Below are positions 38,065 to 50,924 of a stretch of 64,000 bases of DNA, piece after piece. Position 1 is the first letter of the stretch. Each line of letters begins with the position of its first letter. Where the stretch lies: positions 1 to 64,000 of the forward strand of contig CP075497.1 of NCBI GenBank assembly GCA_021613535.1, given 5' to 3'. The notes below the pieces were generated by a model that was not told the origin of the DNA, made no database searches, and saw only the letters and a program-made list of their open reading frames with translations. The position numbers and the translations under genes were made by a program. The DNA is from Adineta vaga. Lineage: Eukaryota > Animalia > Rotifera.

Positions 38065-38608
38065 AGCTTGTAAAATGCATTCAAAGCAGACATAAGGAAG
38101 GCGGAATAGAGAGAATTCAGTCGAAGGTCAAGCAGGTCAGCCTCGATGAACGTTATGTATTTTATTTATTGAAATAAACCAATGACATATAAAATTAAAC
38201 TTTATTAAAAATTAAAATTATTTATTGAGACAGAAAAGAACGATATCGATGATCTCAGTGAATCAAAATAAACTTACTTTGAATAGAGGATAGAGGTCCT
38301 CTTATCAATAGGAAATTGCAATATACACTAATTCGAAGGATCGGTCATATATATGTATATGTTTCTTTGTCGGTCAGTTGCCATATACATTCGGAAACCG
38401 ACGGGTTATTCCTTCATTAGGGCAAGGGTGTAGATCTTCTTATGATTTATATTTATATTCACATCCACTCCCTTAAGATGCCAGTGAATTCGTATTTCAT
38501 TATCTATATTTATAAAATAAAGAGTATGATAACATGCATGTAGATAGACAGAAAAAGAACGCAAGATAAACTATTATAAAATTTTCTTTTGCACCCTCAA
38601 GTCAACAA

Positions 38609-41600
38609 ATGTTTTGTCTACTTCATAACAAAATTCTTCTTTTTCTGACTTTTCTTTGGTCAGTCAATACTAGTCATCGATCAGTTCCATTTGACGTACG
38701 AATCGATCATCATAAAACCGAAACTACTCGTGATTTGATAGTCAATACTGCAAGACCACACTTTTCCTGGAAATGTTCTAGTTTAGACACTGTTCTACAG
38801 CGAAATATTCGACAAGTTGCCTATCAAATTCAATTACACTCAATAAATTTATCATCAAAAGAAAGACCGTTCCAGTGGGATAGTGGACGTGTCGTTACAT
38901 ATCAATCTACACATGTTCCATATACAGCTCAGACTGATCTCCTATCATCGACTTATTATTGCTTTCGAGTACGAGTTTGGTTGACTAATTCTGAGGAATC
39001 AAGTTCATGGACGGATTGGATTCAATTTCGCACTCCTATGTTTAATTTACATGATTACATCATCAACAATACCGATCTGCTTTGGATTGGCTCAACAGAA
39101 ATTAATATGAATGAATTACGAAAGGAGTTTTTCGTTTCCAATAATAGTCGGATCAAATCTGCAATTGTTTATCTTTGTGGTTTAGGATACTATCAATTCT
39201 ATCTCAACGGTGAAAATGTTGATCCCAGTCGCAAATTAGATCCTGGTTGGACTACGTACGAGAAACGTACTTTACTCGTATCATTCGATGTTACTGCCAA
39301 TATAACCGTATGACATGCAACGTTTGTTTTCCTTCTCTTGAAGGCAATTTTTCTTTTACATCTATTTAGATTGGTATGAATGCTGTGGGAATAAAGTTGG
39401 GCAATGGTTGGTATAGTATCGAACAGAGTGGACGGAAAACATATGGTAAATAAGAAACGTTTCTTTCACTTGTCTTATATTAGTTATTCTGTGTTTACTA
39501 ATTTTCGGTCCACCTCGTTTGTTATTTATTTTATTGATTATATTTGAAAATGGAACTCAAATGAACGTTGTTAGCGATCGGACATGGACGGGTCGAGAAG
39601 GTTCAATCAAATATGATGGTGTTTACAATGGTGAAATCTATGATAGTCGGAGCGATCGATTGAATTGGACTCGACCTGGATTCAATGATTCTCGATCAGC
39701 ATGGATCACTCCAGAATCCTTAGATTCGCCTGTTAACGATTCATCGATGGGAATACTAATACTTCAAGATATGCCGCCTATTCGTGCAGGACCAGATGCA
39801 CTACATTTTGAAGTAGTGATCAACGGATCACAGCAAAGTTATCTAAAGCGTGAAGATATAGATAAAATTCAAGGTGCTTCCTTCACTGATGACGGTATAC
39901 TGAAACCGGTGAATTCGTGGATATCCGATTCAGGTATGTTGTCTTACAGATGAAGAAAAAAGGTTAAAGATGAATCTTCTGCGCAGGTGTTCGCACATTT
40001 GATCTTGGTCAAAATATAGTTGGATGGTGTCGTATCAGATTTCAAGGCTCACGTGGCTTTCGTACTTCTATTCGTTATGCAGAGATATTAGTACAGCCAG
40101 TCGTCTCTACGAAGTGAGTCACTTCTTTCCTTTCTCTATTAATACGATGATCTTTTTCTAGTGTTGCCACTCATAATCTCAACATTGAAAACCTTCGTAA
40201 CGCCACGGCATCGGATATCTACGTTCTCCGTGGCGATCCTCTCGGTGAAGTTTACGAGCCAACGTAGGAAATATATTGTATTATTTCTTACCTATATTCA
40301 CTGTGATTCTTCTTTTTAGTTTTACTGTTCATGGTTTTCGTTATTTGTCAGTTTTTAGTTCACCAAGTGCTCTAACTACAGATGACGTTCAATGTCTTGT
40401 TGTTCACAGTGAAACTACGTTGAAAGGTCATTTTAGCACAAGTAATCCGATTATTAATCAAATTCAGCACAATATTCAATGGGGTCAATTGAGTAATTTG
40501 ATGTCAATACCTACGGACTGGTATGTAGAAGTTATTCATTTTGCTAAGATTATAGAAAGTCATGTTCATACTTGAATTTATCATAGTCCACAACGCGATG
40601 AACGTCGTGGATGGTTAGGTGATACAGCTTTAACCGTCGATGAAGCCTTATATAATTTTGATCTAATCAAGTTTTATCTAAATTTTCTCAACTTAATCGT
40701 CGATATGCAATTGGATAGCGGCGAAATACCCGACATCGTTCCTGGTACAGGTGGCATCTATCCGGCTGATGCTAATTGGGGAAGTGCCTTACCTACACTT
40801 ACCTGGCAATTATATCGACACTACAATGATGTGAAAATTCTTGAGAATTATTATGACTCTGTTCGTGCTTATGTAGAATCTCTTCGACGTAGCTATCAAC
40901 TGACTGGTCTAGTTAATTTCCCGTGGCGCTACGGTGATTGGCTCCCTGCATCACCAAATCCTCGAACTAACGAACATTTAACAACCTCCTATGCTTTTCT
41001 TCATGATCTTTATCTTTTACTCAATATGTCGCAAGTACTCGAGCAGAGAAATGATACCGATACTTATTCACAGCTCTATCAACAACTAGCAGAAGAATTT
41101 CATCAAGTTTTTTATAATCAGACGACCAAATTCTATGCTGATGGAATGCAAGCAGCACAAATACTAGCACTAGCATTACCTGGCGTTGTTCCGTCAACTA
41201 TTCGAGACTCAATAGTCGATTACTTAGTTCGTAATATTACTGAAAATGGTAATCATGCCACAACAGGTATTGTTTCGACTGCTCAGTTGTATCCGATCTT
41301 ATCGGATCATGGACACCATGATTTAGCATTGGAAATGATCTCTTCTACAACATATCCATCGTACGGTTATATGTTTACAAATCCATATGAGAATGCCACA
41401 ACGCTTTGGGAATGGCTCAACGCTCCCTTTCTCGGTCCAATGAGTTCACGTAATCACATTATGTATGGTAGTGTCGGCGCATGGTTTTACTCACATTTAG
41501 CTGGTATCAATCTTCGAACGAATGAGATCATCATACAGCCAAAAATGGCATCTGAATCAAAGAAACATCTGCTAACTAAACTGGACTGTCAACTAAGTAC

Positions 41601-41892
41601 ATTATATGGCCTCGTACATGTTTCATACACGCGTGATGAACATGATACAGTTGCTAACTCAATTTTACTTCGGGTAACTGTGCCAGTGAATGTCCGAGCT
41701 CAAGTGATATTTGAACCATTATTTACGAATGCACAATGCATAGAGTTACTCGAAAATGATGCTCTGATTTGGTCACCTGATCTTGGTAACAATAAGAATC
41801 GACAAATTCTTGTACAGCAAGATTCAATCACAGATGCAATGATCGTACATATTGGCTCTGGTCAATATCAATTTCAAGCACGGTGGAAATAG
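38609..41892 (+). CDS. Secreted alpha-L-rhamnosidase (GH78), bacterial-type, with spliceosomal introns
   Basis: WDSGRV, GLGYYQFYLNG, LDPGWTTYEKR, YNGEIYD, FDLGQN, HGFRY, IPTD, PQRDERRGWLGD, ATTLWE, SRNHIMYG; several ~55-65 nt introns, one acceptor reading CG at 39506-39507. Confidence 0.9.
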
Positions 41893-41993
41893 AAAGACTT
41901 CTGCATGATGAAAAGAAAGAAACAGAAAAATTTTATCACACTTTTTTTTTTGAAAACAAAATAAAAAGGAAAAGAAATGTTTGTAGCCTAGTA

Positions 41994-42816
41994 GTGTCAA
42001 ACTCGAAAATTGAATTCAACTATTCAAATTAGACAAACAGGACCAATTTTTCGAAAAAATTCAAATTTTAAAGGAAATGTAACATAATTTGTATATTGTC
42101 TTAAAAAGCGAAGACTATTATAGAAGTTATTCAATAGCTCCCTAAATCGACTTACGAAAAAAAATTACAATGCCAGATAACAGAATCTAGACTTAGATCT
42201 ATCTAGTCCTGTAAAAGTACAGGTAACGACACAAATAAAACTTGCCATATTAAATTAGAAACACATAAAAATGCTTTTTGATAGTAATACACCGATCGAC
42301 ATATACATAAACTTTCTGCATCGCATTAAAAATCTAAATACAGAATTTGCTGCAATCGCCAACTAATATCGAAATATAAACTACTCGCTACGGTACTTTA
42401 CAGACAAAACAAATTTTTTTGTTCCTCTACCAATCTCAACAGAATCCCCATAACATAAGACAACCTACAAACAATCGTCTTCGGATATAATATGTCAAAA
42501 CAACCTATCGTATCTTCTTCTGATTAAATTCATCGCATACCATGTACACAAAAATACCCGTAGGTCGGAGTGTGAAAAGCACTTTGTACCGCCACGCCGC
42601 GGCACCACTAAAAGAAAGTATTTTTGGACAGCAACATACTTACGCTTGCATTCGTCAAATATTCTCAACAAAACATCAGACTCCACATCCTCGCCAAAAA
42701 CCTCAATCTGCTTCGATGTCCTCTGTAGTTTCCACCCTGAAAACATGAAACGGTTAGCATGAGTGAACGAATAATAATATTTGAATAGTTGAATTGAACT
42801 TTCAAGTATTACATAT
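41994..42816. mobile_element. ~0.8-kb degenerate TIR element
   Basis: AATTCAACTATTCAAAT (42013-42029) is inverted at 42779-42795, with imperfect extension to ~36 bp. Confidence 0.55.
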
Positions 42817-42883
42817 ATACCTCAAAATGGTATAAAAAATAAAATATTGTTCAATAAACTGTTTTAAATAAATGAATTAAATT

Positions 42884-45390
42884 TCAACAAGCCAAGAGAA
42901 TACTAATATCGCCACTCCCTTGATTTGCGGTAATAATATCGGGTTTGTTGTCTTTATTAAGATCGAATACTTTCACAGCTCGCGGATTCGTTCCAACTGA
43001 ATAAGAGGTTTGTGCAGCAAACGTAACCATTGCCTGTGCCGAGAAGAATGCTAACGCTGTTGCTATTAGAGTTCGCAGAAACTATATCGGGTTTGCCATC
43101 TTTATTAGTGTCGACCACGACCAAATTCATTGGTGAGTTTCCAGTTGAATAAGCTATTTGTGCAGTAAACGTGCCATTACCTGTATTAAACAGAACACCA
43201 ACGTTGTTATTACCGGATTCGCAACAATAATATCAGGTTTGTTGTCGAAATTAACATCGACTACTGCCACACCGTACGGATTGATGCCAGTTAAGTAAGT
43301 TATTTGTGATATAAACGTACCATTTCCAGTGTTGAAGAGAACACTGACGCTGTTACTATCACGGTTTGCAGCAATAATGTCTGGTTTATTATCAGAATTA
43401 ACGTCGGCTACTGTTATAACGTAAGGAGTAGTGCCAGTCAAATAGGTTGTTTGTATAGTAAATGTACCATTATCATTATTGAGTAGAACACTGACACTAT
43501 TACCACCTGAGTTCGAAATAATCATGTCTGGTTTACTGTCACCATTCACATCAATGGCTATGACGCAATATGGGATGCCACCGGTAGTATACGTCGTTTG
43601 TGCAGAGAACGTCCCATTACCTATGTTGAGTAGAACACTAACGTAGTTGCTACCAGCATTTGTAACCATTATGTCCGGTTTACCATCGAAATTAACATCA
43701 GATATGGCTATACTATTTGCGTCTGCACCAACTGGGTAATTTATTTGTCTAGTAAATGTACCGTTGCCAGTGTTGAGGAGAATAGTGGTATAGTTACTAT
43801 AATAGCTTGCGACAATTATGTCAGGTTCAGTGTCATTATTCACATCAAGGACGACCAAACCAAATGGACCAACGCCAACTGAATAAGTTTTTTGTGCCAG
43901 ATATGTTGTGTTGCATTGAGCTATATAGCAAACAAAAATAATTTTTTAACAACTATGCGTAGAAATATAGACAATTTCTCATTGACGCCTTATAATTCAC
44001 CCTCAATTTTATTTCGATGGAAGTCAATGGAATAAAAAATTACTCTATATATTTAAATCAAAGTGAAAATGTTTACAGAAATATGTGTATCACATTTTGT
44101 GATTTCACTACTTACCAGCGGTGGTTGACGTAGTGGTAGTAGTCGTTGTTGTACTGGTAGTTTTAGTAGTCGCTAGTGTGCTGCTGATAGTGGTAGTTGT
44201 AGTAGACATTGTTGTCATGGTAGTTGTAGGAGTCGGTTGTTGTGCTACTGGTGGTCGTAGTAGTTGTGAGAGTTGTTGTTGTTATTGTTGTTGTTGTTGT
44301 TGTTGTTGCTGTTGTTGTTGTTGCTATGAAGATAAAAGTAAATTATCAAAACTGAATACGAATGATGTGATATATAATAGAAAATATACTGCATTGACAT
44401 TCACTGGACGTTCTTGATAGAAACTGCTTTGTAGTTTTTTTCTTACAGCTTCATTCAACTAAGCTGATCAATGAATACTCACTGGTGGTTGTTAGTGTCA
44501 TTGTTATGTTCGGATTGAATGATTGGAAAACAACTGCAACGTCTAATGTAATACTATTAGTGAATGTTATATGGAAAACAGGTTCTAATGGACCTCTTCT
44601 AATCGATCTCTAGACACCAGTAACGAATCGATCGTTACATATTTTAACACTATTGCATGTGAGCGGATGTTTAATATCGAGTTGAATTAGAAAAAGGCTT
44701 ATAATGTTACTGCTTGTATCATTATTAGTCGATATCCTAAGACAAAGATAACAGATTAAAGAATAGAGGATATATGAAAATACTTACATTTGCCGTTTTC
44801 GTCGTGTTAGAATTAGACTCTGTATAAATCTTGCAGAAAACACTCGCAACATATTATGCGACATACTGTACATCATAGCGATCTTCGAAGAGAAAGATTA
44901 TATCAATTCTTTTATACAAATTTCTATATCATTACTTGTGCTGAAAGTCCTGGCAGATCTGACACGACGAGTGAACCATTATTTTGAATGTCCGTCTTAT
45001 AGCTGATATTCACCAACGTCGATTCTGTAAAAACGAAGAAAACTTTTTCGATGCTTCTGTCGTTTCTAAGATTAAGCATTATATTTAGCTGATAGTTCGT
45101 GATAAATATCTAATTTTTTTCGAACTAGTGTTCTTAGGATCTATGATAATTGTGCTACTAAGGACATTTTCTTATGTACCTGATTCATCGACGAACCCAA
45201 TAACAGCACTACCAGTAATATCATTTCTTGGCAAAAAATGAAATATAAACCCAATAAAGACCGCCAGAATCCATGTAAAGAAGAGACAAAAAAGAAGATA
45301 TTTGATGTTCCACGTCATTAGATGTATAATGATAATGATGATAATAATAAATATCTCACAATAATGGTATATGACTATTGCTATGTATTT
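42884..45390 (-). pseudogene. FG-GAP/VCBS-repeat protein with Thr-rich stalk and N-terminal hydrophobic segment, frameshifted
   Basis: Seven DVNxDxKPDI..N...VSVLLN.GNGTF repeats, frameshifts near 43218 and 43025; poly-Thr exon ~44115-44323; 5' boundary approximate. Confidence 0.75.
44272..44325. repeat. (TGT)n microsatellite encoding poly-Thr on the minus strand
   Basis: About 17 imperfect TGT units. Confidence 0.85.
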
Positions 45391-46684
45391 TTTTATCTAT
45401 TAGTGCATTTATAATTTATAAAAGAAATAAGTTTTTAAAATACAAAACAAAATTATCTGATGATTAAGAAGAAAAAAGGTGAACAGGATGTTACATCATC
45501 TTTTCCTACCCTTTTCCAATTTATAGAATCAATGATATCACCAATGTTTTTATGTCATATTAAAGCCATTAAGAACTAGATTTAATGGTATTAAATGATA
45601 AAGGCTATAAAGATCTTTTAGTTTCGAATATGAAGAGACTAATCTAGCAAAACTTAAAAACGGTTGAAAAATATCGTTTTTTTCCTATGAAGAAAACACT
45701 TGAATTTCCAGTGAAGTTAGCTTTTACTGGTTTTCTTACTGTCACATACGTTTCGAAACGAGTTCGCTATATGCAGTTTTTTATGCGACACCTGTTGAGT
45801 ATGTTCGAAAACGCTCAAGACACTAAAGCTAATGAAAAAAAGCTAATATTATTGGAAAATTGAATGTTCTTTTTCTATATGAAAAAGTCGAAGATTTTTA
45901 ATGTTGTTTCAGACTTACAAAGTAGTTTTTTCTGTTTCTTGAGCAGTAAAAAGTATGAAATTTGTGAAAACTTCTTGATATTCGTCATTGAAAGGTCTTT
46001 ATAGTCTTCACCGTGTGGTGTCGTTAAATTAGAGTTTTTGACGGCCTGAATACGATATAAAAACATTTGTGATATGATTGATTCTATAAGTTGTAGAGGG
46101 AAAGAAAAAGGCTATGTAGATACCTCTGTATACATTTCACTTCGTTGATTTTTTGTTTTCACGTACAGACACGTGCTCTTACCTTTTTACTCTTAGTATA
46201 TGTGCATCTGGTCGCATATGTAAAATAAGAGCATATTATCCAATCATTTCACTAAGAAAAAAGAAATTAATAATTATCGATTCGCGCTTGATCGATTCGA
46301 ACACCGAGCAAACTGTGTAAGAATACCTCGCAAGGATGACTATAGTTTTCAGCACTATTTGTTTTTAATCGTACACCGAATTAAAATACATGAAAAATTG
46401 ATATTAACATTATTTATTGGAAAACCTTTTCGAAAATTTTGAGATACAGTCAATATTTACAAGATTTATTCAAAAATAAAACAAAATTATTCTCTATTTC
46501 TGAATTGTATTTTCTAGAAAATAATTATGTTTCATATAAGCGAAGTTCTACTATCAAGAAGAAAAAGCCGTGAGGTCAGGAAAACAAGACTTTCACGAAG
46601 CATGCAGAGAGATGTAGCGCTAGCATGGTCAAAAAGCAGAATTACTGATTATCTTACTTACATGTACAATTCAAATCCAATTCG

Positions 46685-46823
46685 AAAGAACTGAACAGCT
46701 CCACAGTTCCAGTTCAGATGAAATGAACTGGTCAACAGCTCCAGTTCATCGAAACCTGAACTGAAAACCCAGTTCATCAACTCAGTTCGTGTGAACTAAT
46801 GAACCTGAATTGTCACATACCTA
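46685..46823. mobile_element. Right-end fragment of the 7556-7955 MITE family
   Basis: Ends in TTGTCACATACCTA, identical to 7942-7955, with the same GAACT/AGTTC repeats. Confidence 0.7.
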
Positions 46824-46959
46824 TTCAAGTCAGTAACAAACAGACATTACATAGTGTTTTTGATAATATTGTGAAAAGGTTAAAATTTTGTATTGATGTG
46901 AATGGTGACACTTTTGAACAATATATATAAAACATTTTGTCATCAAATAAAACTTTAAA

Positions 46960-47056
46960 CATTTCTCTTTCATTTAAAAAAAAATTCGTTGATTTGGTTG
47001 AAAAATCGCTGAGATATTGAATTCTTTTTTTGGTCATTGACGTTCCAAACACCCGG
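46960..47056 (-). mobile_element. Probable solo Tc1/mariner terminus
   Basis: Minus strand reads TA-CCGGGTGTTTGG...AATATCTCAG, resembling the TA-CAGGGTG termini elsewhere in the window; no partner found. Confidence 0.35.
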
Positions 47057-48133
47057 TATAAAGTGCACATTTTCACATGCCCATACATTAAAAAGCTTTT
47101 TCTGATAAATAAAGATAATCAAATTCTTTAAAGGAGAAATATAAATATGAGATTTATCAAAAATTTTCTCTGACAGAACTTTACTGCATAGTAATACGCA
47201 GAAAGAACAGTGCATTCGTGGTTGTCGACAAGTACATTTTTTTGTGATCTTACATATTTGATCAAAGATCATTTATAATAATAAAGAACGTTTATTAGAA
47301 GAAAAAAAATCCATGAAACATATTATAAAAAGTATGATGAACGGAAATACAATGTGGTTTTCTTCATTGTTGAAAATGATTCTTTATTGAAAATGTCAAA
47401 TTGTGCAAATCATCATATAATGAAATGGTTCAAAGATATAAAACAAGAAGCTATTTTTGTTCAGTTTAAGCAAATGTACGTAGTAGATCACGAAAGTAAT
47501 CAAGCGACGAGCTATCGTGTGAAGAAGTAATGAAAACGAAAAGTATTGTTATTTGTGGAGATTAATTAAATCAATCTTTTTATTTGATGAGTTTATCATT
47601 AAGCAAGAAGGAAATAAATGAAGAAAACAACTAGAAATAAATTTAAAGTAAAACAAAATAGTTTTCATATTCATATGCACATATATACTTATTGAAAACT
47701 TATCATTTACACTATTAACTTGTTAGTGTTTACAATGAAAATAGAGAAAACGATAGTAGAAATGATACTATTTCTAGAACTGCTCACTCTAAAGTTCATT
47801 ACCGCAAAGTTTTGAATCAGAAAGTAAGTAAAGCTTTTTAAACACGTAGTATACAAAGAAGATAGAGTAGAACAAATAGCATTACAAGAAGCGCTTCTCA
47901 TTCCTGTTTTTGTTTAGAGGAGATAAAATTTTTCATAAAGCTAGATTAAAAATAATTGTCGTATATATTTCACAAATGTGTTAGATTTCGACTTTCACAA
48001 TAAGACACAGACAAATGTGACAAATCTTAATACTGGAACGTTAGTTTAACTACAATTTAAAAAGATGATAGGGCAGCATACTTACACATCACTTTCACCT
48101 CCAGGATTGTAGTCTGTGTCTGTTCAATCATTT

Positions 48134-49402
48134 TTATGTTTCGATGGATGGCACAACTGTAGTGTGTCTTTCGTACCATTTTTGGCCGCAAAATGCAATC
48201 AATTGTACCACTCGTGGTACAATCAGTTTCAAAGCTGTTGTTAAACCACCAATTAATCCAATTATTGTTGTAATTATATAAATAATACTATTCTTTGTCT
48301 TAATAGTATAAACACATTCTGCCGGGTTACATTTATTATAATAATCTTCAAACATTTTTGGTGAAATCCATTTTTCGACCATTAAGTCATTAAGAAGTTC
48401 GTTAATTGTTGAATTGTCTTTAAATCGAATTAATAATGATTTATCAAGAGCTGTTAAATTCATTGGTGAAGTTAAGTTGAGATATGATTGTAATTGATTT
48501 ATACACATTTGATCATAAAAACATCGAAGATCAGATTGAAGTAATGAATCAATCAAATAACATCCGATATAAAAACCTGGCACAGTGAACAATATTGTGT
48601 TGTTAGGGAAATCTACAAATGTAAATGGATCAACCCATTCACCGGAACTACTACAGGAACCATTTCCGTATCCATGTGGAATTGTACCTCCTTCAAGGTA
48701 TGCCATTGAAAGTAGATAATTCGATATTTCGGCAGATAATAAAGCATTAGCTTGAGTGGTATAGCGTATTGTAGAAAGTGATAAAACAAAATCATTCGTC
48801 ATTGTTGATATAAATTGAGTTATGAATGATTCAGTTTGAGATTCAAATACTTGTCGAGATACAACAGACGCAGTAACATATTGTGTTGAGTAAAACTCAA
48901 TCAGACGGTTAGAAATCAACTCATTGGCGATGTTACAGAAGCCACGTAAAGCTTGAAATACAAATGTTCCTATGGCTCGAAAGTCTGAAGGAGTTACGTT
49001 AAGTCTTCCAGAATAAGGTGCAAGGTAATCGATCCAATTTTGTGTCACAAAGATACTATGACATATTTGATGAATTGTATAATTCAATTGAATAAATACA
49101 TCATAGTTAATTGAGACCGTTTTGCATGGACATGTTAATGTTTGTGAATGTGTCAGATATAAATGATCATAATCTGTGATTGTTGGTGATTGAACATTAA
49201 TAGTTTGTGTTATGTTGATTAATGAAGTGTATAAAATAAGAATAGTTAATGATAATAATAAAAAAATAATAAATAATCTTGTTGATATTCGTTCATTTCG
49301 AAGTTGATGTTCATCAACAGATGGAGGAACCGAAGGAAATAAGTTGAGATTTATGAGGATATTTTTTATTTTTTGAAAAAAGCCGATCACGTATTGATAC
49401 AT
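48134..49402 (-). CDS. Single-repeat, intronless member of the 2-TM Cys-rich family also seen at 24762-29404
   Basis: ISTRLFIIF, LTCPCK, HQICHS, DFR, GCYLIDSLLQSDLRCFY, VEKW, CNPAECVY, IIGLIGGLTTAL. Confidence 0.85.
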   Translation of the reverse strand: MYQYVIGFFQKIKNILINLNLFPSVPPSVDEHQLRNERISTRLFIIFLLLSLTILILYTSLINITQTINVQSPTITDYDHLYLTHSQTLTCPCKTVSINYDVFIQLNYTIHQICHSIFVTQNWIDYLAPYSGRLNVTPSDFRAIGTFVFQALRGFCNIANELISNRLIEFYSTQYVTASVVSRQVFESQTESFITQFISTMTNDFVLSLSTIRYTTQANALLSAEISNYLLSMAYLEGGTIPHGYGNGSCSSSGEWVDPFTFVDFPNNTILFTVPGFYIGCYLIDSLLQSDLRCFYDQMCINQLQSYLNLTSPMNLTALDKSLLIRFKDNSTINELLNDLMVEKWISPKMFEDYYNKCNPAECVYTIKTKNSIIYIITTIIGLIGGLTTALKLIVPRVVQLIAFCGQKWYERHTTVVPSIET

Positions 49403-50519
49403 ATTTTATAACTAAAATGAGATATAAAAGTGATATGATGATGAATCTTCCACAAATGTCCTTTTTTTTACTTCCGTCAATACGTTATTTGTTTCAAATG
49501 AATACTTACATAGAATATCATTGCTCGAAGGAAGTCTTTTTGTAAATGACAATCATAAATATAAATATACTGTTAATTTCTAGAAAATACCAAACAATAT
49601 TTTTTCCAAGAGAAAACTAGCTTTTTTCTAGACGATTGTATTTTCTCATTGGTGGAAATAAAATTTTTGAAAAAGATCCGTCATGAAAAATACTTTCAGT
49701 TGTTCTGTCTCCTTGGTGATAGACATATTCTCTCTATCATAATTAGAAAAATGCATTATATTATAGCTTGAACAAAATGATGATTTTATCGGGAAAATAC
49801 GAACGAGTTCAACGGCTTTTGTTGACAATTACAATTGAAATTATATTCGTTTTGAAGAATTTGTCAAGAAAAGATCAGTGCGCGAATAAAGATATCGTAA
49901 ATTTATAACTGATGTATTTTCATTACTTGAATCTTTTTGTAGCTAATATTACTTCATTGCTACGAACACGTTGCTGCGTATACTTGATAACTTTGTATGA
50001 ATATAGAACTGGACATATATTTTTATCTTAATTGCGTTTTAAAATTATTATTCGTTCAAATAATAAATATCTGTACAATCATTTTCAGATTTATTGAGCG
50101 TTAAAATATTCATAATTTCCTTCCTTCTGAACATCAAATTTTATCCGGCTCTTGTTTTTGCTGCGTTAAATACTAATTACGTATCATTCTATTTCTATTT
50201 TATTTCTTATTCAACATTTATCAAATATAAAATGACGTATCAGATATAAATAATGTTTATTTAGATAGTTTGAAGAATAACCTATAGATTTATACATTAA
50301 CTAAAATAAGTAAATCCATCAGTATGAATGTCTCTTCTTCTCTTTTGTTTATATTTCTCGTTACATTCTTCTTCCATTAATATATAAAAAGTTTTTACAT
50401 CGCACAGAACACTTTTAACTTCTTGACGAGAAGCACCTTGAAGAGAAAACAAAACCGATTATTTTCCTTACTGTTTGTTCTCCAAAAGTCTTTATTTATG
50501 TGCGAATATAACTCGGCTA

Positions 50520-50620
50520 TAGAGTTCGACGGGGCCAGAGTTTTTTGTCCCGGTCCCAACCATACTTAGCTTGAACTAAACCTGGACCCGTCCCGATCCC
50601 GATTTTTCTAAATCAGCTTG
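50520..50620. mobile_element. Probable hAT-type MITE left end
   Basis: TAGAGTTCGACGGG start with repeated GTCCCG/TCCCG motifs in AT-rich context; no partner end. Confidence 0.35.
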
Positions 50621-50924
50621 AAAAAATTTTCAGAAAGCATGTAAAATGAGACATAAGTCGATAGTATTTCATGTTATAGTCTTATATTTGTTGGTGAAAG
50701 AATGACCTTGAAGTGTATATGCCAATGTTCTGAATTTTATCAGTCCAATGCTATCTCGAATTAATCGGTTATGCGATGCTGGTTATTATTTGAGACAGAT
50801 AAAATGTTTCAATATTTTGAAAATAAATCGACAGAACAGATCGAAGACAAGATCAATAGGGACAAATCAAAATGATGGAAGACAGAACGAAAGAAAGAGA
50901 TCACATGATTCACAACAACATATA

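Noticed and set aside
39886-39906. CTGATGA...GAAAC hammerhead-like string
   Set aside because: Lies in GH78 coding sequence and lacks a proper stem III/UH site; probably chance.
44121-44417. Poly-Val/poly-Cys ORF on the plus strand
   Set aside because: Antisense shadow of the poly-Thr exon and (TGT)n microsatellite of the FG-GAP gene.
45675-45890. Degenerate ~50-bp inverted repeat
   Set aside because: Too diverged and AT-rich to define termini or a TSD; at most an old MITE.
46280-46345. Minus-strand GTTCGAATC B-box suggesting a tRNA
   Set aside because: I could not build a cloverleaf or find an A-box.
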